This document shows positions 48,525-61,486 of a DNA stretch of 64,000 bases, in pieces. The position numbers and the translations under genes were made by a program. The notes below the pieces were generated by a model. It was not told the origin of the DNA, did not search any database, and was given only the letters and a program-made list of their open reading frames with translations. Position 1 is the first letter of the stretch. Every line of letters begins with the position of its first letter. Origin of the DNA: Geosiphon pyriformis uo1 (taxonomy: Eukaryota; Fungi; Glomeromycota); assembly GCA_016748015.1 (NCBI GenBank), contig JAAOMT010000324.1:124001-188000 (forward strand). Direction: 5' to 3'.

Positions 48525-50583
48525 TGTGAAGAAAGGAATCAATGTAAAAAGAGGAATCATTAATGCTGGATATACCGGAAATATCATTGTAATACTACAG
48601 AACAATTTGGATAAGTCCTACAAAATAGAATCCCATGAAAAGATTGCCCAAGCCCTCTTTCTGCCCTTAGTCAAACTACCCCAACTAACCCTGGTCACAA
48701 CCCAAGCAGAATTAAGCCTCACTGCCTGAGGAATCAGTGGGTTCAGATCAAGTGGAAGAGAAAATGTACCAGTCAATCTCATAGAGGAAGACAGTAACCA
48801 GGTAAAACTTATCTACACTGACACCATTATTTCTATCCCTTTCTATTGATAATATATCTTTAAGGTGAATTGGAAGATTTAAGACCAAGTCCTGATATTT
48901 GAAGCCAACTCTAAAATTTGTGCCCTAGCAGATATTGCTAACTTATATCTCCCAACAAAAACTCATAAACACTTCAAAATTCTCATTTACAATCTGACCG
49001 AAGATGTTATAAAAATTCCTGAGGGAATCCTTGTCAGTTCCATATCCACAAATATTCAGAATCCCAAAAAACCCCAGTCTATTCCAGATTTCGCGCAATT
49101 ATTCTTATTCTGTGACATTACATTCCAAGTATGGAATTTGCCAAAAGAAAGTTATCTGTTCACACCAAAAAAAATTAATAAATTGAATTTAGGAAACTTA
49201 AGTACCCTGTAACAAATGCAACTTAAAGTCTTTCTAAAACAGTATGCTGATGTCTTTGCCAGCGAAAATGAGTTTGGACGTACTGACATTGTGAAACACC
49301 AAATCGATACAGGAAATGCTTGACCGATTAAGCAATGAGCCTACTGAGTACCCCCATCTAACGATAACCTTATTAAGCAAGAAGTGCAACAGATGCTTAA
49401 TAACAGTTTAATCAAAGAATTGTTAAGCCCTTGGTCCTCTCTAGTAGTCTTAGTTACCAAGAAAAATGGAAAAGTGCGATTCTGCGTGGACTACAAAAAA
49501 CTAAACAGTGTTATGCGAGGAGATAGTTATCCCACTTCCCTAATCCAGGAAATTCTGGACAATCTAAGGAAAAAGAAATAGTTCTTGTCATTAGATTTAG
49601 CCAGTAGTTATTGGCAGATTGAAATGGACCCCAAAGACAAAAGAAAAACAGCATTTACCACTCAAGATGGCAATTTCAAATTTAATGTAATGTCTTTTAA
49701 ACTTTGTAATGCTTCTGCCACTTTTCAATGCCTCATGAATGTAGTATACAAAGAAATCCTTTGGAAATCAGTCGTAGTTTATCTGAATAACACCAATGTG
49801 TTTTCAGAAACATTTGACGACCATTTGCTCCACCTTCAATAAGTGTTTAAACGCCTTCAAAATGTCAGATTAAAACTCAATCCCAACAAATGCTTTTTCG
49901 GAAAAACCAAACTAAAATTCTTAGGGCACATGATCAGAAAAGATGGAGTTAAGCCCAATCCAGACAAAATCCAAAAAGTCAAAGACTTCCCAGCCCCAAT
50001 CAACTTATGAGAATTACAAGGATTTTTGGGATTAGCAGGATACTATCAAAGATTCATTAAGGGATTTTTCATCATTGCAAAACCCCTCCATTACTTGTTA
50101 TCCAAATATGTACCATACCTATGTAAAGAAGACCAGCAGAAAGCGTTTAACTATTTCAAGCAGTGATTGATCACCTCTTCAATATTGATCTATCCTGATT
50201 TTACCAAACATTTCATTGTCGTTACAAATGCCTTAAAAAATGCACTAGGAGCTATTTTATCTCAGATAGGATCAGACAAGAGAGAACATCCAATTGCATA
50301 TGCTAGTTGTAGCACAAGTCCAGCAGAAAAAGTATATAGTGCAATAGACTTAGAATGTCTTGCCATTTATTGGGCTGTACAAACTTGAAAACATTACCTC
50401 AGTCAACTATTTGACTTCTATACTGATCATAAAAGACTTATTTGATTACTCAATAACCCACAGCTGAAAGGAAAATATGCATGATGGAGCACTTATTTGC
50501 AACAATTTCCACTCAAAGTCCACTACAAAAAAGGATTCAAGAACACAAATACTGACAGTTTGTTGAGGATGCCACAAATCTGA
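48525..50583 (+). pseudogene. B2 dUTPase-RT-RNase H; one frame with point stops only
   Basis: ORF fragments at 48460, 49384, 49585 and 50167 and the TGA at 50581 are all in the same frame. Confidence 0.9.
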
Positions 50584-50593
50584 TCTCAGACCC

Positions 50594-51961
50594 ATAGACA
50601 CAACCACCTACCAACAAATACATCAGTACCTATTAACACTATATTTCAAGAAAATCTTATCTCAACAGGAACAGAGTATCATACAGAAACAAGCAAAAAA
50701 CTACTTTATTCAAAATAACCAACTCTACCATTGAGAATAACAAAATCACCTCACTTCACAATGATTAATAAAAAACAGTGAAAAAGAAACCATATTATAT
50801 AGCATGCACCCAGATCTAACAGCAGGACACTTCAACAAAAATGCTACTCTAGAAAAAACAAGCAACCTATACTATTGGCCAACAATATATAAGGATATTT
50901 TTGAATATGTTCTTACTTGTGATTTATGCCAAAGAAGAGGAGAAGCAAAATCAACAGAACCACTTTAACCCATTCCAGTTGAAAATCCATTTAATAAAAT
51001 CAGGATTGACTTGGTTGGTCTTCTCTTAATTACATCTAAAGGAAATCAGTATATTGCTATAGCCATTAACTATCTTACAAAATGGCCAGAAGCCAGAGCA
51101 ATTCAAGTGGTTGATGCCAAAACAGTCACTGAGTTTGTACATCAAGACCTAATTTGCAGACATGAATGTCCAAAAAAATTGTTATCCAATCAAGGAATGC
51201 ATTTTGTCAACAGTACGTTAACAGAATTAAGCCAATGGTTTGGTATAAAACATTCTTTATCATTACCATACTACTCACAAACAAACGGACTGGTAGAACG
51301 GTTTAACTGAATTCTGTGTGAAGCACTAGCTAAAATAAGTCAAGAAAATGAACAAGAATGGGACTTATTCATACCTTCAGTACTCTTTACATACCAAACA
51401 CTAAAGCAAAATATGACACAATTCACACCATTCAAACTAGTCTATGGAAGAAAAGCCACATTACATATCGAATAAGAAATATCGCCTTACCTAACAGAAA
51501 CAATCACCAAAGAGAATTTTGAAGTTACCTTATACCAAAAAATATACCAGCTAATGGAAATATTAGAAAACAACTGAAGAACAGCAGCTGATAACATTAA
51601 TAATGCTTAAAAATGGCAAAAGGAAAGACATGACAATCGCCTATCTGAACAACCAATAAAATTCAAGATTGGAGACCAAGTACTATTACATCATACAAAA
51701 GCTAAAAAACAGTGGAATAGAAAGTTTGACCCAAAGTGAAATGGTCCATTTCACATACAAGAAGCTTTAGGAAATAGAGCTTACAAATTACAATTAGAAG
51801 ACAAGATTCTAAAGAAAGTAGCTCATGGGAACTGATTAAAAATTTATCATGCAAAACAGCAGTCATCATCATCAATACCTCAATTAGGAACACAAATTCC
51901 ATTAATCAGACCAGAAGATATATCATGAGATCTGGAACCAATCATCATCATTGAAACATAA
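50594..51961 (+). pseudogene. B2 integrase, separate reading frame (456 codons)
   Basis: (M)DTTTYQQIHQYL...MHPDLTAGHF...CDLC...TNGLVERFN...GPFHI...IIIET*; +1 relative to RNase H. Confidence 0.87.
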
Positions 51962-52045
51962 CAGTAATACATGACTATTTAATTGGAAAATTCAAGTATA
52001 TATAACATCCAAAAAAACAGCAAGAATTGATAGAACTTTGTCAAC

Positions 52046-52780
52046 ATGGATCTTTCAAATCAAATTCTACAACTCTTAAAACAACTGTTTGATGTAATTC
52101 AACAGTTTTCTGCTCAAATAGAAATAACAATTAATAAAAAAAAGCTATGGTACAAAGATAAAAGCAGGAAAGAGGAGAATGAAAGTTCAACTAGAACTAA
52201 ATATTTCTTTCCCTATACACCACCCAAAAAGCAATATTGGAGGAAAAATTGCTTTTGGGCAGAAGGTGAAAAAGAAAGAGAGAAGAGACGAGAAAAAGGT
52301 TACAAAAGAAGATACTTGGTCCCTGAAATAGAAGAAATTAAAAAATCTTTATCTCGTGGAACCGAACTTCCCGAAACAGGGGAGTGGACATTAGACAATG
52401 CCCAGGAATAAAAAGAAAGACTTCTGTCAGCCTATTGGTTCTACAAAATTAAAGAGCAGCTTGACTTGAAAACATCATATGAAGACCTCAGCCAGAAAAC
52501 GTTCAACAAAGAAGCAATGCAACAGGTAGAAAAATTCATAGGAAGAAACAACTTAATCCTATATTACAAAGCAGCATACTGACTATACGCTGCCTTCCAA
52601 CATTGCCCAAACGTACTACTAAACAGTTCTATAAAAACCATAATGGTTAACAACATAGGACGAATAACCAATCAACAGTTTAAAGACCTACAAAAAGCAA
52701 TACTCGAGGCAACCATCGAACATTACATGAATAAATCCATAATAATAGATATATACGGTTTTGCAGGAGCTCAATTTTAA
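52046..52780 (+). pseudogene. B2 ORF3, 244 aa, unknown function
   Basis: 735 nt from ATG to TAA in frame, with two point stops; homologous to the family-A ORF3. Confidence 0.82.
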
Positions 52781-52793
52781 AAGAGAGAGATAA

Positions 52794-53791
52794 TGTTACC
52801 CGAGTAGAAAAACATGACCAAAACATGAACAAAATGTGATATAACACAGAATAATATGCAATAATGTGCAATAATGCATTGTAACTTAGGATAATGCAGA
52901 ATAACACATTATAATATAAAATAACACAGAATAACATATAATAACACCAGATAATGTGTTATAACATAAGATAACTAGCAATAACATAGAATAATGAAGC
53001 AATAACAAAAATAACAAAGCAATAGCTAATGATAATGTAACAATTGAAAGCAATTCTGTAAAACCAAAAGAATATATAAAAACAAGTACTCATAGAAGTT
53101 AGAAAGAGGACAGATAGCTAGACAAGAATTAATTTTCCTTTACTCTCTCATATTTTAGCCTATACACACATTCTAAAATAAAATCAAATATTCCAAATTC
53201 ACAAATCTATGTTCTCCCAACTTCTATGTTTTAATTGAATCATTGTTGATTACCTCTATTCTAGAACAGATGCCATTAGTATAAATGCCTCAAATATTAA
53301 CAACTTGGACCAATTGCTCTTGATCATGGTAATTGACGGGAACTAATTCTTTTTTTTTTTTCATTTTCATTTTTTCTTGTTTTTTTTTTGTTTTTTTTTG
53401 TTTTCTTTTTTTTTGTGTGGAGCGACAACATTGGAAAATTGATTGTCTTGGAATAGACTTCGTGATAGTTTGGTAAAAAAAGGAAGCTCCCCCTACAGTT
53501 TTGGATATTAATGTTATCTTGTTAGCTTATTAAAAGGGCGAAAAGACAATGCTGGACCCTAACAACTGTGCTTGTTAGCTTGGAAAAAAATGTTCACATT
53601 AATGGAAAGGTTGCAATTAACAAGAGATAAACTCTGTGCCTTATAACCAAAGAACTCAACGGGTAAATTTATGTACAGAAATAGACCTTCAGAGACTGAT
53701 AACACTAATACTGAGAAAAACATACAAACTTGAAAGACTAAAGTAAAGCACCAAACATAAATACCATAAACATGGAATTCTATCCATAACA
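52794..53791 (+). repeat. 3' LTR of B2
   Basis: Similar to the B1 LTRs; type III array; conserved hairpin module at 53306-53347. Confidence 0.9.
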
Positions 53792-54926
53792 ACATATAAG
53801 AATTAAAGAAAAAAAAAAATAAGATAACAACTTTTATCTCAATCATTCTTTTATCACAAATTTTTTTTTCCCTACCTTTAAGTATCTGAACATTTTGGAA
53901 TAAAAGATTACTTATTGGTTATTTTTTACCCTTTTTCTGAAATATGTAATTATAGTATTTGAAGATTATTGAATAAAACATAACTGAAGAGTACATCTGA
54001 TATCTGATATTGAATTCTAAGAATGCTGATATAAAACATAGAATTATACCAGTATATGATTATTTGTTGACAATATGGACTATTTTTCTACTTTTAGATT
54101 CTCCAATTATCTTTTGAAAAATATAGCAATTGAAATATTTTATGAAACTGATCTTGTATATTAAATTCATATTTATTCAATTCACTCTTTAAAATTGAAT
54201 TCTCTTTGATTTCTTTCATCATTTTACAATCTTGTTCTTTCTTGCTATCTATTAGCTTGTTACTTCAACTCATAACAGTATTTTAAAGTTTAGTATTGTT
54301 TTGGTTAATTTAAATAACCAAACATTTTTAAATATATGTATTTTAAATATAACTATTATTAATTTTAATTTTTACAATATATATTAAATTAAATAAAAAT
54401 TTATTTATTTATTAAAATAAAATTAAAAACTATATTAATATTATTAATAATAAATATATAAATATGTTTATAAATATATTTATAATTTTACTTTTTATTT
54501 TGTTTTTTAATATTAGTAAATAATTTTTTATTTTTTAAAAAAACTGTTTTTAAAAATACTTATTATTTTATAAGTTTGTTTAATTTTATTAATTTTGTTA
54601 AAGCCAAATATGTTAAAAAATTTGTAAATAAGTTTTAATTTATAATTTTAATCTAAAAACTGTAATAATATAATATTTTAATAGATATTTATAAATTGGC
54701 TTAACTAACTTAATTTTTACTGTTTTTTATTTTTATTTTTAAAAGTTTTATATATAAAATTGTTTATTATTTTAAAAAAAAACTATATAAATTTTTTTTT
54801 TTATTTTATTTTAATGAGTAAGGTCCAAACACTACCTAGTACAATACATCATACAAGTGATCTAAACTAAGTGTGAATCATGCTCTTTCTACACATGACC
54901 AGCCACTCAGACTAGTCAGGACAACA

Positions 54927-57900
54927 CTAGGCACTTATACGCACCAAGACCAAGTTACCTACACCTGAAAAGAATAAACTAGATTTACGAAACCCAAAAC
55001 TAACACCAAGAGCATCAGTAATACCCAACAATTTAACTACACCAGACGAGAGCACCAAAGGAAGACCAGAAACCGAGATAGGAATAGAGCCGTCACATGG
55101 GATCAAGCCACCTTTCTCCATAACAGCTCTGTGTTTCACACGCACCAGCCAAATATCATCACAGAATGCAAGACAGAATTCGCGAACAAATGCCACAATA
55201 TTTTGAGCCGCCGTTTTAGAGTCCTTGAAAACAGAAAGAGATTCACGATACCACTTATTGAAAACAAAGCCCTTACTTATAACCGTACTAACAACAGCAT
55301 TGGAAGCGCAATCAGAAAGCAACTGTGAAACACATGAAGTTGAGTGAGACAAACCCGAGCGCATTTCCCAAACAGATGCATGAGTGTTCATCAACCGAGC
55401 ACGATCACTAGCATCAAAAGGGCAAGAAAAAACATGATCTGAAATCTCAACATTACCACAAAACAAACACATCACACTGGGGTACCCCTTACTGTACAGT
55501 CACTTACACACAGCAACAGGAAGATGATAATGCAACGCCTTCATAAAATATGTCCAAAAACTAGCTGTATGAGTACTAGTAAAACCAGCGGCCAAATGAG
55601 AGTCCGAATGTCACACCAAACATGATCTGGACCAATCAACATCAGCATGCAGACTGTCCACCAAAACCTGAGAACCAGAACCAACCTCTCAATATGCATG
55701 GTAAATAGAGCGGAAAACACCACGAACAAAATGTCTAAAATTACCAGAAACCACAGCACCACCAGCTCTGAGAAAATGTTCATTGATCCTATGAAGAAGA
55801 TGCACACCAGAAGACGCAGCAGCCCTAGCCAAAGTGTCAGCACACTCATTGCCCAAGACTCCGGAGTGACCTCTAACTTTAATTCAATTAACATCCAAAT
55901 TCTTGCAATGAATGACATTAGAAATATGGCAGCGTTTGACCCAACACCGATTTCTAAAATCTGGATGATCCAATATTAACTCTGACTTGCAAGCATCCAA
56001 AGCGGCCTGGCTGTCCGAAAACAGATTGACCAAACAAGAAGGAGGAATGCACTTGAGAGCCAAAGAAATGGCCTGTAACTCCACCATGGTAGAAGAAACC
56101 AAACCAGAAACTTCCACACCCAAATTCAAATCAATGTCCCCAAAAAAAGCAGTGGCGCCAGCCTTCATACTAAGAGTACCCAGCCCATACAGAGAACTAT
56201 CTGTAAACAAAGAAAGGCAATCAGAATCAACCTCCAACAAATGATTGCAGACAACATCAAACTCACAAGACTTAAGAACATCAGACAAGGCAACATTCAG
56301 TGGTGAAAGAGAGCAAATGGGAAAAGACCCAGAACCAGACAAAAAGTGAACAGCAACATTGAACTAATCAGGAACTGGGCCCCAAGGGTCCAGTCTCTTC
56401 CACCACTTGAAAGTCCTCCATTCAAAAACAGAACCAGTTTGATCGCAAAACTGCTCAACAAAAGCAATTCCATATTGCCAAAGTGAAGAGACACATTTAT
56501 AAAAAACTGGCTCGCCAAGAACAATAGACATTGAAGTTCCTTTTTGAAAACAAAAAGCTTTGGTCATGAGACCACCCAGAGAAAGGTCACAACCCAAAAA
56601 AATTCAGACAACACCAGCCAAAAAATTATTCAAAGGACTGACACTAATATGAGAAGGAAAAAGCAGAGGGTGGTGAGAGCGCCAGCTAAGAACTTGTAAG
56701 TCATGAGATCTATGTGCGAACAAGCAGTCTAAGATACCCACAGAATTAGCGAAGCAAACAACAGCAGCTGACTTGCTCTCTGCCTGGACCTGTTCAAAAG
56801 ATTTCAACCCATACAAAGAAGGATGATGAACAGCATTATTGGAAAAATCGAGCAGTAGGCCAGATTTGGACTTCAAAACTTTACAAATTATAGTGTCCCA
56901 TTTTGCACACACACTAATAGAAACAAAACTAAACTGAGTCCTATAGACAATTATGGGGTAAAGAACCACTGAGACCAAATACGAGAACTGCTTATCAGAA
57001 ATAGCTTTTCTTAGAACAACATTGGTGAAGAACCTGACATTCAAGTGTGCCTTAGCCAAGCTAGGCTTCGACAAACCTTCAGTAGACAGAAAGATACCCA
57101 GGTATCAATGAAACTTTCCCCTTTTGGCTATCAAAATAGGCAAACCACTGATCAACAAATGAGGATCGGAAACTCTGCAATTAATGAAAATAGCCACCGT
57201 CTTGTCATTATTGATTGAGATGTTATTGACTCAAAAGAAATCACTAACAACATTGAAAATATGTTGGATGGCAGCCTGGCTGCTACCAATTCAAATCGTA
57301 TCATCAACGAAAGCACCAGCTTTGAGGAAAGAAGTTAAACCAGCCTGAGATTCAGCGTGATCAGTGTTGGCAACACAACAAGAGTCTAACCTGTATCCAC
57401 ATACACTTTCTTGTCTCTTGACTTCACACAAAAGAGGATCATAAAATATGCGCCAGAGAAGAGGAGAAAACACCTCCCCTTGGTTCAAGCTATTATGAAC
57501 CTGATATCCATTGGTCAACCCAAAATTCATCATAACTCTGTTGAACTAATCATTGTAAATGCTACCAAAAAATTGAATGAATTTGTTACACATCTTTATT
57601 CTAACCAAGCTTTTTCTCAGATGTTCCCAACCAACAGAGTCATAAGCCTTCCGCATGTTCTGCAAGACCAGCCACAGCTCTCGGTTCTTTTCCAAAGCAT
57701 CTTTTATGACCAATCCAATAGCAAAAATAGGAGATTGCATTGTTGTACCTTTTAAGACAGAAAAATTATCCCCTCTCAAAACATCAAAAACACTACAAGC
57801 CAAAAAAATCCTGTCCAAAAGCACTTTAGAAAGGACTTTGCGAGCTGTCTCAATCAAAGCAATAGGATAGGTATTTGTGAGAACACCCTCCCATTCATAT

Positions 57901-59615
57901 GGTTTGGGAATCATCAACACCCAAGCCTTCTTCCAAGGCCCAGGAACAGATTCACACTCCAAGCAAACATTCAAAAGCACTAAAAGCATATCCAATACTG
58001 ATTTGTCACAATGTTTCCACAACTCATTCGAGATACCAGAGAGACCAGCTGCTTTTCCATCAGGCAGACTTGAAATGACATTAGACATCTCATCAAAATC
58101 AATCGGGCACATTACACCAGAAAAAGCGTCATCAAAAACATACTCCAAAGGCTGGTATTGGTGATTTCAGACACCAGTAACATCAGAAAATACACCGCAC
58201 TTCCTAGTCCAAACCTCCATGACCGCATCTACTTTGGCCTTAACCAAATTAGGCTCCAATACCAACTCATTATCAACAACCAGATGATCTAAAGTTACCT
58301 TGCGAAAAGGATATTCTAACATGCTCCTAATAGTAAGACCCTTGTTTAACTCGAAACTTTCTATTTTTTTATCTATCGCCAACCTGATCTGAGATTCCCT
58401 AATCCGCCCTGCTTCAGACATCTTGGAGAAGTGATAAGACTTTTTGACTTTGGACAAAACTGACTAAATAGCATTGAAGTGGGAATCTGACAGAAAAAGA
58501 GACCTCACCATAGAGGCATTGACTGAATCCACACCTTCCCACCTGTCGAGCAAGGATGTAAACTCCTCAGCAGAATTCAGACAAGATGCTTTAACTAACT
58601 TAGACATCAAGAGTTCTAGCCTGTGAAACTTGGACAATTCCTTGCTAAAAATTTTATCAAAGTCCTTGAACCACTTCCTCTTAAAAACTGCCTCAGCAGA
58701 CAGACACATCACTTTACGAAGAGCAACCCACATTGAATCCAAGTCTGAGCAGATCCTGGCTGCAAGAAAATCATCATAAAACATAGCAGCATTTGCTGCA
58801 GTATCCTTCTCAAATTTGGCTTATTTAATATCATCCGCACTTTTGCAATTGTATTTCCAGCGATTCTTATTTGCCTGCTTGTGGACAGAATTCAACTGGA
58901 CATCTAGCAGACCACCTAAACCCACCCACACTAAAACAGCCTGATGATCAGTATTAAAGTATTCCCCAACACTAACCACATCACGACCCACCACTGTATT
59001 GACTAGGTTTAAAGAAATGAGCATATAATTAATCATCTTAGCAATGCCCTGAGAATTAGACCAAGTTGGCAATTTCCCACAGGAGTTCCCACCCAGGGCA
59101 TTAACCAAACCCATGTCCAGGCATTTCCTAAAACTTACACACTTACGAGAGCCGTTTTCATTAAAATCGGCACCAAGAATGATAAAAGAAGATTCATTGA
59201 CAGCCTTTGCAATAAGAGAGTTGATGTCGCCAGCTTGAGAAAACTGAGCCACTGAAGAGACACCAGTGTACAGCCCCAAAATTGACACAGACAGTTTATT
59301 CTTAAAAAGCAACCTGATGAACAGGAGCCGACCAGGCACTTCCAAAATCTTACAAACATGTCGCACCAAAGAAGAATTCATGACAATCACCACACCTGCA
59401 CTTAGATAACCAGATTCTATACCAAAGGTAAACACCCGTACACCATCAAATTTGTTGACAATCCAGGGGCAAACCTTTCTCTTTAATTTTGATTCCATAA
59501 AAATAGAAATTAAATTGTTCATATTCTTATGCCAACGAATGATATCGTCTTGTTTCGCAGGATTGTTCATTCCTCTTACATTACACGTAGCCACCTTTCA
59601 AACCAGATCACTCAT
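54927..59615 (-). pseudogene. LINE ORF2: AP endonuclease, RT, RNase H, C-terminal Cys/His motif
   Basis: ATCNVRG, ESKL, GADFN, TDH; KAYDSV, QGEVFSP, AFVDDT; FTDSS..ELQAI..SDSQ; CLFC..E..HVFSC. Confidence 0.93.
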
Positions 59616-61486
59616 TGGGAATAGGAGGACACCTGAGACCCTGAGTTAGCACACAACTGATCAAACTTCCCCAGAATCATACCAACAGAGGTGTTAAAAG
59701 CTGCCAGCTTGGATTCTAAAGAACCCACCTTAAAGGTCAAAATCTTTGAACTACTTGAACCTAAATCTGAACCAACAGAAGGAAGTAAAGATGTCACCAC
59801 AGGAACAGTCAGAGTAGCATCCAAAACCATATCAATATCGGCAGCCACTGGGACAGCCAAAACACCAGAAGAAAAAGAAGGGGGAGCCAAAGACACCAAA
59901 TTCATGCCACTAAGTTTGTGCACAATACGAGAAACCTGATTATGTAGGAGCCCCAAGGAACGTTCCAAAGATGCCAAACAAGCACTCAACAAATAATCAT
60001 CATTTGGAAGTAGAGGACTACCACCACCTAAACCAGAAATACCAAGAGAGAAGACACTAGAGTCAAAACCAGAACCAGAAGAAAAACCACCAGAAGAGGG
60101 AGCAAAAGACACCACTTGGGCCCATAACTTGCCACCAAAAGCAGCAGAGCGAGAAATAGGAACATTTTTCTTTGCGTACAGTTTGGCCAGCTGGAAGCAA
60201 TTGGCACTGGAGGCAGGCTTTTTAAATGAAAATAAGGGCACAAGAGATGATACATTCAAAGCATCACACTCAAGAGCTGAATGACCAAGACGTCCACATT
60301 TCCCACACCGAATCACATCAAATCTAGTCCATGAGAGTTGAACACCACCAAGAACAGGCTCAGTGAGAAAAGCAGAATTCAGATCATTCTCAGATTCAAA
60401 GCCAACCACAGCACAATAAATTCTATTACCAGTGTCTAATGAACAATTAATGATGCAAGTCTTGCCATCAGTCCTATCCAAAAGATTACTAAGATCATGC
60501 ACCGTTGTTCCCACCAACAATATAAACAGAAGTGCCCTAAAACAATCCCTAAAGGCCCAGATATCACAATCTCCCATGGCTTTGGCCACACGTACTGAAT
60601 CTTTCCTGATTAAGAATGACCATCTTGACGCTAACTGATCTGCTTGACTCAATTTGGCAAACTCCACCACAGCCTTCTGCCACATGCCAATTAACTGAAT
60701 CTTGATCAACTTGATTTCTCCAAACTTGGCGACTGTGGCGACAATTATTTCCTTCGGGATATCCATGGGAATTTCTTTAATCACCACAGCTCGATCTGAA
60801 TGTACTCCTGATTTTATGAGATTAGTGTTTACGATGATCCCTTTTTCCCTGGCTAATGACGCAGCCTTTCTCATGCTTTCTTTTGATGTGAAAGTAGATC
60901 TGATGATCTCTTCAAATTTTGAGGGAGTAGTGGCCCCCCCAAAACCATTGACTGAAGAAAAAATTTTCCTAATTAGCCGGGTCTTTGCCATTGCTGAATT
61001 ACTCTCTACAGCTGAGAGATCAATATCCAATGCAAAGGATTTTTTGATTGATACTTCCACAGAAGTCTTAATAATTTTTGGATTGATCTACTTTTTTTCC
61101 AGAGAGATAGGCAAGCAAGGAGGAAGCACAATTTCATCATCATCCATAGCAAAATTAGGAGAACCAAGTGGAAAGCCAAACACTGTACCAGTATTAACAC
61201 ATTTTGCTTTGAGAATAGTGGCAGCTGAGTCCAGCGGAGACCTCTCACTTATACCAGACATGCCAACATCCTCATCATCACCAGATATACTATCCACATC
61301 AGAATATACACTATCATCAGACCCAGATTTACTCAAAGAGATATTCTTCTCATCACCAGAGTGTTTAACATTCCCAAGAACCACCTTTTTTTTTTGAGCA
61401 AAAGAACCACCAGCAGGACCATGGAAAGCACTTTTGGGCACCTTTTTTTTGGACATATCACTGCTCGAAACAGTCTTCAAATCCAC
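59612..61486 (-). pseudogene. LINE ORF1 (RRM-like regions, CCHC knuckle, C-terminal coiled coil); one internal stop at 61088
   Basis: CGKCGRLGHSALEC; VVIKEIP..FGEI..I...AVVEF; LASLERSL and VGSLESKL heptads. Confidence 0.88.

Larger units (their letters stand above)
48525..53791 (+). mobile_element. Family-B element B2, 5'-truncated (dUTPase C-half to 3' LTR)
   Basis: Colinear with B1; PPT aagagagagataa 52781-52793; LTR 52794-53791 (tgtta...taaca). Confidence 0.92.

Noticed and set aside
51880-51961. Chromodomain at the integrase C-terminus
   Set aside because: The tail after the GPF/SH3-like region is short and lacks the aromatic-cage pattern.
53684-53700. TTCAGAGACT resembling the group I intron R element
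   Set aside because: No P, Q or S partners were found, and the motif is not kept in family A.
54880-54915. Hammerhead ribozyme in the LINE 3' UTR (CUGA...GAAA)
   Set aside because: The core is CUGAGUG rather than CUGANGA, and there is no stem II geometry.
60702-61397. 231-aa antisense ORF, and the many short antisense ORFs across the TEs
   Set aside because: Shadow frames of ORF1 or pol with non-ATG starts and no motifs.
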